Shown: piece after piece, positions 12,775 to 26,413 of the stretch
Layout: every line of letters starts with the position of its first letter
How positions within the stretch are numbered: position 1 is the stretch's first letter
Origin: Octopus vulgaris
Taxonomy: Eukaryota
Assembly (NCBI GenBank): GCA_951406725.2
Contig: OX597827.1
Span: 70,742,001-70,806,000, forward strand
Direction of reading: 5' to 3'
DNA: 64,000 nt
Translations under genes and position numbers: made by a program
Notes under the pieces: model-generated
The model's database searches: none
Told to the model about the DNA's origin: nothing
What the model saw: the letters and a program-made list of their open reading frames with translations, nothing else

Positions 12775-13170
12775 CTCTCTAACCAGCCCAAACTATCCAA
12801 CGTACATCCCCAAAGCAGATTATTCTAGTGTTTCGATAAACAAATAAAATCTTTGAAGCTCTACTCAAAGTAAACAGACGACGAACAGACAAAGATGGCA
12901 GCGGCTGCGGCAGCCCTCTGTTTATTTGTAGTTGGATAGCTAATGGGTGGACTATTGTTTCAGTGAGAAAGAGGGAGGGAGGATAATGTGTGAGAGGGGG
13001 GGTATAATGATGATGATGATGATGATGATGATGATGTTGATGAAGAGGATAATTAGGAGAAGGAGAAGGAAGAGGAACAGTTGATTTAGGAAGGTGAGGG
13101 GTGGGAGTTTGAGCGTTTTGAACACAGAAAAACATAAATATAGACACACACATATACATACATGTATTAT

Positions 13171-13247
<77 letters not shown>

Positions 13248-13378
13248 CCTATATGTACATAAACAATATCATATATATATATACATATATACCTATATAT
13301 ATATATATGAATATATACATATATATATATATATGAATATATACATATATATATATATTAATATATATATATATCTTA

Positions 13379-13422
<44 letters not shown>

Positions 13423-13778
13423 CAGTAATTTCGAATGTAATGCGAGGGGTGAAGTGATATTAGAAAAGAGGAGGGCATGATAAGGTTATAAGGCTATGGT
13501 GGTGAGAGAAGAATGATAATGCGAATAGCGGTGGGGGACGGAGGTAGAGAGAGATTATGTGAGGGGGAGAAGGCGAGAGAGAGGGAGAGAGAGAGGCGAA
13601 AGGAGAGAGAGAGGCGAAAGGAGAGAGAGAGGCGAAAGGAGAGAGAGATAGAGAGAGCGGGCAGAGTAAAGAAATCTCTTAACAAATTGGGTATATGATT
13701 CTGAATTTTATAGCCTTGTCTTTCATAGATTCCTGTCTGTAAATACCGATGCACATTGCACTGCTACGCATATATATA

Positions 13779-13828
<50 letters not shown>

Positions 13829-13910
13829 TACATACACACACACACATATATATACATATACATATATATATATATATTTATACATACATACATATATATA
13901 TATATATACA

Positions 13911-13956
<46 letters not shown>

Positions 13957-14003
13957 CGCATGTATGTGTGTATATATATATAGGTATATATAAACACATA
14001 TGT

Positions 14004-14039
<36 letters not shown>

Positions 14040-14612
14040 ATGTATGTATGTATGTATATGTATGTATGTATCTGTAGGTCTGTATGTGTGCGTATGTGTG
14101 TGCGTGCGTGTATATACACTTCATTGCAGACCAGAACATAATAGCACCATAAAATTGGCACTATTTGTATACATCCTATTTGTTTTCATCAGTATGTATA
14201 TATATATATATGTATGTGTATACTTGCTTATATACATACATATATATATATAGTTTTTGTTCAAAATTAAAGTTTAGATAGGCTTTAAAATGTTGTCTAC
14301 AAACCTTGTTTTCAGTATGTCCCTAGTAGTCTGCCTCGGGAGTATGTTCCCCACTTACGTCTTCCAGGCGTCATGTGTAGCACAGTACTTCAGTCGCAAG
14401 AACTCCGCAAAGAATCCCTCCATGCACGTTTAGTATATTTTAAATAATTGACAGGGAAGACGGAGTGTACAGTAAGCTTTATTGAGCACGACGATCGTTT
14501 TAGCTCAAATCTACACTGCTCCCTAATGGGTGGCGAACTATGTAATGGAATCGAATGCACCCCAGAGGACAGAAGAAATCTCATCAGGTTACATAATACG
14601 TTACAGTGTTAT

Positions 14613-14954
14613 CTGAGACTCCCTTCGGTTGCGACACAGACCATGGGGTTGCACCTAGAAAGTTACCCCCGCCCAAGGCACAAGTCCGGGCAAGGTTCTT
14701 TATGGAAGACCAGCAGTCGCCCATGCATACCGGCCTCCACTCTCACACCACTGATGTTACCCAAGGGAAAGGCAAAGGTGCCGATACAGCTTGGAACCAG
14801 TGACGTCGCAACTCATTTCTACAGCTGAGTGAACTGGAGCAACGTGAAATAAAGTGTCTTGCTCAAGAACACAACACGCAGCCCGGTCCGGGATTTGAGC
14901 TCACACCCTCACGATCGTTAGCTCGACGCTCTAGCCACTGAGCCATGCGCCTTC
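14613..14954 (-). mobile_element. tRNA-derived SINE family D, full length with 15-bp TSD
   Basis: Head GAAGGCGCATGGCTCAGTGG..TTCTTGAGCAAGACACTT; flanking direct repeat ACGTTACAGTGTTAT at 14598-14612 and 14955-14969. Confidence 0.9.
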
Positions 14955-15067
14955 ACGTTACAGTGTTATAATATGTGCATTTTGCTATCGTGTGTGGTAG
15001 GATGGTGACACCACCCTGCGACAGAGTATATTATAATTTTTGATTTATACTTAGTATTTGGATTGTA

Positions 15068-15385
15068 AAGGCAGCAAGCTAGCAAAATAGTTACCAAATG
15101 CTCAACGGCATTTATTCCAGCTTTACTTTCTGAGTGTAAACCTCACCGAGGCCGACTTTACCTATCATCCTTTTCGGATCGATAAAACATGTACCTCTGA
15201 ACACTGGTATCAATATAATTGGTTTACTCAATCCTCTAAAATTGCTGACCCGACAGAATCTTTAGCAGTTGTTCATCTGGCTTTACGTTCTGAGCTCAAA
15301 TGCCTCCGAGGTTGACTTCGCTTTTTATCATTTTGGAGTCAATAAAATAAATACCATCTGAGCTCTAGGGATCAGTTTAATTGCT
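15068..15385 (+). mobile_element. Degenerate SINE family B (two bodies)
   Basis: GGCAGCAAGCTAGCA.., GACTTTACCTATCATCCTTTT, then TTCTGAGCTCAAATGCCTCCGAGGTTGACTT. Confidence 0.65.
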
Positions 15386-15560
15386 AGTCTTTAAAAGACA
15401 AAACAAAAATTGGTAAGAATAATTGGGGCTATAATGTACGTATCAACCGGCCGCGATCAAAATGTTTAAACTTGGATCTTTGAAGACAGAATGAATTCCA
15501 TTGCTCATACAACAGCGATTATCAACATATCTGAAATAATAAATATTGGTAAGATATTTT

Positions 15561-15960
15561 GGATCTTTTCGGTTTGAACGGCAGTTTTTAACTAGGTAAC
15601 TAAAAAATTTTAAACTTCGTATACTGGTAGAATGTGTTTATAAAACATCTTTTTCTCTTGGCTTTATTGAGAAAATTCTATAGTTTGTAAGATATTTGTT
15701 GTTTTTTTCTTCAATTTCTGCAATTTCAACCAATCACTGACCTCCATTGATGTAAAAACATTCTGTGCCGTATAAATATATCCCTCGTTTAAGAAACAGA
15801 TTGGGTTTATTTACATTTGTGAAGAAAAAAAGATACCCTTCCCCCACCCCTAACCCTAAAACAGATTGAAATACATTAGATTGATACTAGGGTCATAATT
15901 ATGGGTGACAATTTCATATGACACCGCTAGAAAAAACTGCCGTTCAAACTGAAAAGATCC
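15561..15960. mobile_element. 400-bp MITE with ~28-bp TIRs and 8-bp TSD
   Basis: TIR GGATCTTTTCGGTTTGAACGGCAGTTTTT / AAAAACTGCCGTTCAAACTGAAAAGATCC; TSD GATATTTT at 15553-15560 and 15961-15968. Confidence 0.92.
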
Positions 15961-16175
15961 GATATTTTATCATTTTCGTGGTTGAAGTGAGGGCAAAACA
16001 GTTTTCTAAAAGATTACGGACAGCAAGAAATCCTCACTTTATTTTCTTTTTTCATACTGTTCTCTTATTGCCTTACCGCTGAGCTGATGGCTTGTCAAAA
16101 TAAACTGTAAGACTTCCACCAGGAAGAGAAAATATACAGACATATTGTAGGACTGACGAGACCCAAGGGAGAATT

Positions 16176-16878
16176 CATACATACATACATACATACATAC
16201 ATACCATACATACATACATACCATACATACATACATACATACATACATACATACATACATGCATGCATGCATACATACATACATACCATACATACATACA
16301 TACATACATACATACATACATACCATACATACATACATACATACATACATACATACACGCATGCATGCATACATATATATATACATAATGCATACATACA
16401 TACATACATACACACACGCATGCATGCATACATACATACATACGTACATATATAAAGACATGCATACATATATATACATACATGCATACATACGTACGTA
16501 CATACATACATACATACATACATACATGCATACATATATATACATACATGCATACATACGTACGTACGTACGTACATACATACATACATACATGCATGCA
16601 TGTATATATGTATGCATACATACATGCATACACACATACATACAAACACACTCAAACATACATGCATACATGCATACATACATACATCATACATACACAC
16701 AAACATACATACATACATACATGCATACATACATACATACACACATACATACACACATCCATCCATCCATCCATCCATCCATCAATACATACATACATAC
16801 ATACATACATACATACATACATACATACATACCTATATACATACATACACACACAAACATACATACATACATACATAC
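16176..16878. repeat. (CATA)n/(CATG)/(CATC) compound microsatellite
   Basis: Visible tetranucleotide array. Confidence 0.95.
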
Positions 16879-17107
16879 TTAGTGGATCATCATCTCGAAG
16901 TAAAATTACATTGTGTCTGATTAGATAAAATGTGGCAGGAGCTTATATCACAGATACCCCAAGGGTACACATATCAAAAAGACAGTCCCTCTGCGATAAT
17001 GTTTCTACAGGCTGTGAATTCAGATTTTCTCTTTATTCAGGAAATCTGAAGGTTATACGATTGGCACACATTATGACAGGAGCAGCAAGCATATAGCTTC
17101 TTTAGTT

Positions 17108-17708
17108 GAGGCGTGTGTCTTAGTGTTTAGGGCGCTTGGTTCATCACCGTAAGATTGTGGTTTCGATTCCTCGACCGAAGACCCACTGAATTCTTGAGCG
17201 AGACGCTTCATTTCACGTCGCTCCAGTCCACTCAGCCGGCAAAAATGAGTAATCTTGCGACGGAGTGACTGTGTGGTAAGTAGCTTGCTTACCAACCACA
17301 TGGTTCCGGGTTCAGTCCCACTGCGTAGCAACTTGGGCAAGTGTCTTCTACTATAGCCTCGGGCCGACCAAAGCCTTGTGAGTGGATTTGGTAGACGGAA
17401 ACTGAAAGAAGCCTGTCGTATAAATATATGCGTGTGTGTGTTTGTGTCTGTGGTTGTCCCCCCAACATCACTTGACAACCGATGCTGGTGTGTTTACGTC
17501 CCCGTAACTTAGCGGTTCGGCAAAAAAAGACCGTTGAATAAGTACTAGGCTTACAAAGAATAAGTTCTGGGGTCGATTTGCTCGACTAAAGGCGGTGCTC
17601 CAGCATGGCCGCAGTCAAATGACTGAAACAAGTGAAAGTGTCAAGAGGACCGGCGTTTCGTCTAAGTAGGGAATTTATACGCCATGAAACTGGGAAACCG
17701 GCCCTATA
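17108..17708 (+). mobile_element. Old tRNA-derived SINE split by a family A SINE (17262-17638)
   Basis: Head GAGGCGTGTGTCTTAGTG..GGTTTCGATTCC..TTCTTGAGCGAGAC runs to ~17260 and resumes GGACCGGCGT..GAAACTGGGAAACCGGCCC after a near-complete A copy. Confidence 0.75.
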
Positions 17709-18208
17709 CTTTACATAGCTTCTTTGGGGGCGGCCTTATTGTTTATGCCAAAAATTACGAATGATATGAAGTGTCTTGACCTGATTACGACATTCTTAAG
17801 ATAGTGTTTGTGCCAAAGATTGCGTTTGTGCCAAGATAGATGTTTCTCCCTGATTTAAAAAAGATGGAGCGTGAGGCGGAATCTGCAAGCTATGCTAGCA
17901 TCTATGCCGATAGAATATAACAAAATAATTTGATAAAAAATGTGAATTTTTAATTATTTTCTGAGATTTTACAAAAACAACAAAAATATTTTTTAACGAT
18001 TTTGAGAGGATGGAGGTTGTGGATACCATCAACCTCAGTACTTGACTGGTACTTTATTTTATCGACCTCGAAAGAATGATCTGCAAGGTCAACCTCGGCG
18101 GGATTTGAACTCAGGATGTAAAGAACCGGAAGTATTTCAATGGTTTCTAGTTCAGACACAGGGCTATCAATTTTGAGGGTACGGAGTTAGTCGATGTTAC
18201 CGACCTCA

Positions 18209-18541
18209 GTAAAGAGTAATGGTCAAAAACCCTCTTCGGTACGAATAACCATGGGTTTGCGCTTAGAAAGTTCCCCTTCAAGGCACAAGTTTGTCTAAGG
18301 TTGTTTATGGAAGACCAGCCTCCCCTCTCCACGCCACCGAGGTATCCAAGGGAAAGGCAAAGGGGCCGATACAGCTTGGAACCAGTGACGTCGCAACTCG
18401 TTTCTTCAGCTGACTGAACTGGAGCAACGTGAAATGAAGTGTCTTGCTCAAGAACACAACACACAGCCCGGTCCGGGAATCGAACTCACAACCTCACGAT
18501 TGTAAGCCCAACGCTCTAACCACTGAACCATGCGCCTTCAC
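18209..18541 (-). mobile_element. SINE family D with 11-bp TSD, inserted into degenerate family B
   Basis: Homologous to 14613-14954; TACCGACCTCA at 18198-18208 and 18542-18552. Confidence 0.88.
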
Positions 18542-18967
18542 TACCGACCTCAACACTCGAATGGTATTTTATTTTATCGACCCCGAAATGGCGAAAGGCT
18601 ATGTTGACCTCGGTGGAATTTGAGCTCAGAAAGCAGAATGTGAACAATGGAAAGAAATACCGTAAAGCATCTTCCTACAGACTCGCTAACGATTCTCCCA
18701 ACTCGCCATCTTCAGTATCTCTATCAATAATCCTGGCAATTTCCTCCGAATGTGCTATAACATCCGATAGATGTTACTGAGTATTTAGGTGTGGAGAAGA
18801 AAATATATTCTCTGGTGGCAACTGCAACAAGAAATGCATAACCAAAACATGTTACATCCGGATGAAACAAAATATGGCCTTTAGAGATGTTTGCATACAT
18901 TAAACCGGTGCAACACAACCTGTTTCTTGTACCGGTACTCTTAGGGGCCATTTTCGTGTGACGCACT

Positions 18968-19296
18968 TGATCCGATCAAAGGAACGGCCTGCTCGGGAAA
19001 TTAACGTGCACCCTTAATGTACCCTTAATGTAGTTCTTGGTGAGATTCAGCGTGATACAGTGTGTGACAAGGCTAGCCCTTTGAAATACAGGTACAACAG
19101 AAACAGGAAGGAAGAGTGAGAGAAAGTCGTGGTGGAAGAATAGAGCAGGGTTCGCCACCCCGCCACCCCTGCCGGAGTCTCGTGGAGCTTTAGGTGTTTT
19201 CGCTCAATAAACACTCACAACGCTCGGTCTGGGAATCGAAACCGCGATCCTAAGACCGCGAGTCCGCTGCCCTAACCACTGGGCCATTGCGCCTCC
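18968..19296 (-). mobile_element. tRNA-derived SINE family C (tail type 1)
   Basis: Head GGAGGCGCAATGGCCCAGTGGTTAGGGCAGCGGACTCGCG..GGTTTCGATTCCC. Confidence 0.9.
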
Positions 19297-19339
19297 ACCA
19301 TATCTATATATATAGTGTATATGTTTGTGTGTGTGTGAA

Positions 19340-20715
19340 TACAGGCGTGCATCCATGTACACCTGTGGGAAGGAATGTTTGCGAACATACAAACGTATTC
19401 GAGATTGTACGTACGTTCGTGACAAATGTGGTTAAATATCTTTGTAAGTGAGAACATCAATAATATCTCTAACAAATATGTTTAAAATGTATTTAATCTT
19501 CTGCGCCATGAAACTTAACGCTTGATTGTTGCTCTACGGCTCACCAAATGTATTTGGATAGGTATCTTAACAATATTATTAATTTCACAACACGGCGAGA
19601 TGTTTTAAAAGTATTAATGTTCGCAGACATAGTTTACTGCCGAGTTGATATTGTATAAATTCCAAGAGAGAGCTTTGCTTCCGGGTTAGAAACCGGCACT
19701 TCCTCTATAGATGAGAAATTTGAGAATCAAGCTAGAAGACACATACACACAAACATATACATGTGTGTGTACGTATATATATATTGAGATTTATATATAC
19801 TCATCACAAACGTGCTCATAATCGCAAATACGCGCATTCCTTCCTATGAATGTATATAGATGCGCATCTGCATTCATACGCACACACACACACAATATAT
19901 ATATATATGTATGTATGTATATATAATATATGTACACACACACACATATATATGTATGTATATATAATATATGTATATATATATACATATATATATGTAT
20001 ATATAATATATGTATATATATATACATATATATATATGTATATATAATATATGTATATGCATATATATACATATATATGTATATATTATATATGTATATG
20101 CATATATATACATATATATGTATATATAATATATGTATATGCATATATACATATATATGTATATATAATATATGTATATGCATATATACATATATATGTA
20201 TATATAATATATGTATATGCACATATATATATATGTATATGCATATATATATATATGTGTGTGTGTGTGTGTAAAAGCATCTAATTATGCGTATATACCA
20301 GCACGTCAGAGAGATTGCTCTCCTCTCTCTCACTTATTCTTGGTGTCTGTGTGTATGTGTGTGTGTGTACGCACACATATTCGTACATTCATACAAATAG
20401 CATACTTATCAAACTCTGCTAGTCTGTATGGGAAAACATATACAATGTTTATGTAAGACATCAATATGTTTAAAATATCTTGCCGTGTTGTAAATTAATA
20501 ATATCGTAAGCCATTATATTTGGTGAGCCGTAGAGCAACAATCCAGCGTTAGGTTTCTTTGCTCAGCAAGACTAAATACATTTAAAACATATTTGTAGTA
20601 AACATTAAATATGATTTCATATACAATAACCTAATCACGTATACCATAAAGGTGTACGGAGTCTCGAATACATGCATTCAAACGCATTCCTTCCCACGGA
20701 CGTAAGTGGATGCGT
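19340..20715. repeat. Long-range inverted repeat (arms ~19340-19630 and ~20450-20715)
   Basis: GATTGTTGCTCTACGGCTCACCAAAT vs ATTTGGTGAGCCGTAGAGCAACAATC; ATTATTAATTT..ACAACACGGC vs GCCGTGTTGT.AAATTAATAAT; GTGGGAAGGAATG vs CATTCCTTCCCAC. Confidence 0.85.
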
Positions 20716-20766
20716 ATCTACCCTTATATGTGTTGTATGTGTGTATATGTGCGTGAGGATTACATA

Positions 20767-20802
<36 letters not shown>

Positions 20803-21019
20803 TGTATGTATGTATGTATGTATGTATGTATGTATGTATGTGTATATATGTATGTATATATATATATATGTGTATGTATGTATATATATATGTATGTATA
20901 TATGTATGTATATATATCTATATGTATGTATGTATATATATATATATATATATGTATACGAGTATACGAATAAGAATCCATGGCTTGGATGAACCAGAGA
21001 ACATCACGAACTCTTTCTT

Positions 21020-21105
21020 TTCACAACACCTTGTACAGGCAGGACCTGGCACCCTCCGGTTTCCGCTATTCGGTCCAATGAAGGACAGTCCTTGGAGACA
21101 ATGAT
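21020..21105 (+). pseudogene. Small mariner transposase fragment
   Basis: LYRQDLAPSGF(frameshift)LFGPMKDS resembles PYSPDLAPSDFHLFGP.K. Confidence 0.6.
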
Positions 21106-21575
21106 CGCAAGCCCTCCGAGCCCTGTGGGCTTGATGATATTAATGTTTCGTTGCAGGACAATATCTATAGGAAAGACATGAACTGAGTGATGATTCCAGA
21201 AGAGTGGTAGTCAAGGAAGACAGGACTAGGAATAAGGGTTAGTGGGGCGGGGTCAAGGGATATTTGATGTAACAGAAGTGACGAGAAGTGGGAAGACAAG
21301 TGGGTCGAGGGAACCGGTGTGGTAGAGGTACGAAATCAGTCAACCCCGAGAAACAGGTGTATATGCTCTGAGCCAACGAGAGAACTCCTCTACACGATCG
21401 CTCGACCTCTTAGAAATAGCAGCTGCATTCTTCTTAAGTCACACTTTTTATGATTTAGCTTATCTAGCTATCTTTATAAACATCCATTCATCATCCAGTG
21501 TGCAGTAACCATCAAGGACCGCTGACATTTTGTATTTTCAGGATTTGGGGTTATTGATTTGTGCGGTGCGTAAAT

Positions 21576-22032
<457 letters not shown>

Positions 22033-23248
22033 ATTTACACAGGTAAAATTTTAGTTGAGCAACATAAAATGAAATGACTTTCCCAAGGATACAACACATC
22101 TGCCGCCCAGTCCCTGAGTCGAACCCACGTTCTTACGATCGCGAGTCCCACGCCTTAAGCAAAGTAACTACATGCCAAACATCTTTTAAATATTCACTTC
22201 GTTAAACGTGTTAAAATTTAACAAATATTAAGTAAACCTGTTTAGAAACTTGGTGAGGGATCGTTTGACAATGATGGACGGTAGAAGGAGAGAATGCCGT
22301 AAGTCGATATTTTGGCAAATGAAATTATTTACATTCCTCTGTAGTTGCTCACAGACATACAGTGTCTTGGGAGGATACTAAGGAGATAAGCACTTGTAAA
22401 TATTACCCCCATCCTTTAATACTTTGTTGGATATCAAGATCGACTATTTTTTGCAATATCTTTCGTTATGTGGTAGGTCTTATCAAATACATAGACGTAG
22501 GTCACTTCACTCTTCTGCAATTAAGATTGACAGATAGAATAATGAAGGATTTTTTGTTTGTTTGTTTTCTTGAAACAGATTAAGTAGGGGAAGAACCTTT
22601 TTATGTAACTGTCAGATAAGAATGAGAAATATGGTAAGAGTAAGAGAGAGAGAGGGGCTTCGGTATAGGAAGGAGGAGAAAGAAGAGCCGAACCGTAACC
22701 ATAACAGCAACTACGCCAACGTTCGCTCTTGTTGCAAGAAATAGTATCCATCTTCCCTCATATGACATGCGTTGTTGTCTTTAAAAAATGTAGGAGGAAC
22801 ACGCTCGATAATGTAAAGCTGGATACCCTAACTCTGAAAAGAAACAGGATGGCCATGTTTTATTTGAATAAATGATACAGCAAAGGAAGGAAATTTTATG
22901 AAAACGAGATGGATTAGGTCGGAAGAAAAAAGTGATGTCGATCTTCAAGATGAGATGCTTCTTTGGTCTTAATATTTCCTCTCATTATCCGTAACATAAT
23001 CTCGTCTGTTTGACAAATTGTTGATCCTTCGGGGATAAAAATCCTTCAAGTTTCGAAGCAAAGAAGCATTGAATATCATGTAACATCTTCTCACTTAATA
23101 AACAGTTTTCCCTCTAAATAATGTTGCGATGATCTGAAAAGATGATAGTCAGGCGAAGTAAGATCAAATTAGTAAGTGGGGTGAGGCAAGCCTTCTATAT
23201 TTAGTACCATAATCTTTTCTTGAGTCACTTGGGCAATATGTGGTCTTA

Positions 23249-23732
23249 GGCGCAGGAGTGGCAGTGTGGCAAGTAGCTTGCTTACCAACCACATAGTTCC
23301 GGGTTCAGTCCCACTGCGTGGCACCTTGGGCAAGTGTCTTCTACTATAGCCTCGGACCGACCGAAACTTTGTGAGTGGATTTGGTAGACGGAAGCTGAAA
23401 GAAGCCTGTCGTATATGTGTATGTGTGTGTCTGTATTTCTTCCCCACAACATCGCTTGACAACCGATGCTGGTGTGTTTACGTCCCCGTAACTTAGCGGT
23501 TCGGCAAAAGAGAACCGATAGAATAAGTACTAGGCTTACAAAGAATAACACACACATATACACATATACGACGGGCTTCTTTCAGTTTCCGTCTACCAAA
23601 TCCACTCACAAGGCTTTGGTCGGCCCGAGGCTATAGTAGACACTTGCCCAAGGCAGCAGCCATGCAGTGGGATTGAACACCCGGAACCATATGGTTGGGA
23701 AGCAAACCTCTAGCCACAAATCCACGCATGCG

Positions 23733-23794
<62 letters not shown>

Positions 23795-24282
23795 TTTTTT
23801 CTCTGATGAAATTATACTCATTTCACATCAGTGCAAAGAAGCGAAGATAACTAATTTTCTAATAATAAATAATTACTCTTTCTCTTTTTTACTCTTTTAC
23901 TTCTTTCAGTCATTTGACTGCGGCCATGCTGGAGCACCGCCTGTAGTTGAGCAAATCGACCCCGGGACTTATTCTTTGTAAGCCAAGTACTTATTCTATC
24001 GGTCTCTTTTGCCGAACCGCTAAGTGACGGGGACGTAAACACACCAGCATCAGTTGTCAAGCAATGCTAGGGGGACAAACACAGACACGCAAACACACAC
24101 ATATATATATACATATATACGACAGGCTTCTTTCAGTTTCCGTCTACCAAATCCACTTACAAGGCATTGGTCGGCCCGGGGCTATAGCAGAAGACACTTG
24201 CCCAAGATGCCACGCAGTGGGATTGAACCCGGAACGATGTGGTTGGTTAGCAAGCTACTTACCACACAGCCACTCCTGCGCC
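23249..24282. mobile_element. Cluster of three family A SINEs (+ 23249-23548; - ~23560-23715; - 23893-24282)
   Basis: Matches to 370-778 in both orientations. Confidence 0.9.
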
Positions 24283-24570
24283 TTAACTTTCTTATCTCCT
24301 TTTCCTTTTCTTCTTTTAACTGGATATGAACTATATACTTAATATATAGCTATTGTCTTATGGGAATCTTATTCCCAACAATACTAGGTATTGAACCAGT
24401 ATTTCCTTGGATGCAACCATCCCTTCACGAGGTTAACATATCCTCCAATTAAATTTTACACACACACACATACACACGCATATATATAATATGTAAAGTA
24501 CAGGACATCACCAACGAGTGAATATGTAAACACATAAAGAGAGACAAGTATGTGACAATATATATATATA

Positions 24571-25085
24571 ATGATAAATCTCAGAGCGAGTTATAAACAG
24601 TAGCGGTAACACATCGTGACGCATATTTGCCATTTGAATATGGCTAACCCCTAAGGGTGGATGCTACTGTAGTTTGTAGCCCCAGGAATATATCTCCTCC
24701 AGCTGGCTATAGACACACTATCTGTGTCCTCTCAGTATTTGTGAAGGGGAGTCATCCTCCCCGTCTTCAACTCATGATACTCATGATTTCACTTTTTCAA
24801 TATCAGTGTCAATCGACACTGGAAAAAGTATATGTATTTGTGAAGGGAGCTGACTTCTCGTCGACAACCATGATTGTCACACGCTGATGAAAGGTAAACA
24901 CCTTGAAACTCGGGTCCGTGTGTATCATGAGTTGAAGACGGGGAGGATGACTCCCCTTCCCAAATACTGAGAGGACACAGATAGTGTGTCTATAGCCAGC
25001 TGGAGGAGATATCTTCCTGGGGCTACAAACTACAGTAGCATCCACCCTTAGGGGTTAGCCATATTCAAATGGCAAATATGCGTCA

Positions 25086-25089
<4 letters not shown>
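24571..25089. mobile_element. PLE-type inverted pLTR insertion: ~167-bp arms, hammerhead in spacer, tail on left
   Basis: Arms 24613-24780 and 24922-25089 nearly identical in reverse complement; 24571-24612 matches the tail of the 11560-11828 copy; flanked by (TA)n. Confidence 0.85.
24878..24922 (+). ncRNA. Minimal type-I hammerhead ribozyme
   Basis: CACACG-CTGATGA-AAGGT-AAAC-ACCTT-GAAA-CTCGGG-TC-CGTGTG; canonical core, perfect helices I and II, GUC triplet. Confidence 0.88.
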
Positions 25090-25151
<62 letters not shown>

Positions 25152-25408
25152 ATGTATAAATTAGTGTATATCTAAACACAAAGAGGCGAGCCTTAACAGG
25201 TTGCCTAACATACTAGAAAGAACAGTCAAAAAGTTCAAACCACAGTTAAGAGCAATTTCGAAGGGAATGAAAAGTAAAAACATTTACCATGTTTTACAGC
25301 TGGACCTTAGGTTTCGAACTTTAATTACCGAGTAAAATAATTTGCAAGGCGAAGTTCTCATAAGCGGGTACGCCTAAACTTTAACATATAAATTAGAGAC
25401 CAAATAAT

Positions 25409-25886
25409 GCATACATACATACATACATACATACATACATACATACATACATACATACATACACCATACATACATACATACATACATACAACCATACATA
25501 CATACATACAACCATACATACATACAACCATACATACATACATACATACAACCATACATACATACATACATACATACAACCATACATACATACATACATA
25601 CATACAACCATACATACATACATACATACATACAACCATACATACATACATACATACATACAACCATACATACATACATACATACATACATACATACATA
25701 CATACATACATACATACATACATACAACCATACATACATACATACATACATACATACATACATACAACCATACATACATGCATACAACCATACATACATA
25801 CATACATACATACATACAACCATACATACATACATACATACATACATACATACATACATACATACATACATACATACATACATACA

Positions 25887-25919
<33 letters not shown>

Positions 25920-25922
25920 GCA

Positions 25923-26018
<96 letters not shown>
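25409..26018. repeat. (CATA)n with CAAC interruptions followed by (GT)n
   Basis: Visible simple repeats. Confidence 0.95.
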
Positions 26019-26021
<3 letters not shown>

Positions 26022-26072
26022 AACTTAGAACAAACAGTAAAAGATTGTCATTATAGTACTCGGAGTTTCGAA

Positions 26073-26116
<44 letters not shown>

Positions 26117-26413
26117 TTATATATATATATATATAATTTTTATCGGTATATATATATGTCTCCATTTATGTATGTATGTATGTATGTATGTATGTATGTA
26201 TGTATGTATGTATGTATGTATGTATGTATGTGTGTGTATATTAAATATTTATATTTCAAGGAGACAACATTCCTGCAATGTCATATTATATTCGCAATAA
26301 ATCTTCTATTATTTATGCTGAAGAAGAACTCAAATTGTTTGCTATAAATAGAAGCGGTAAGTTTACCTGTAACGTTTAGTGTCTTCGAGATATTTGACAG
26401 AATCTCTTGACAT

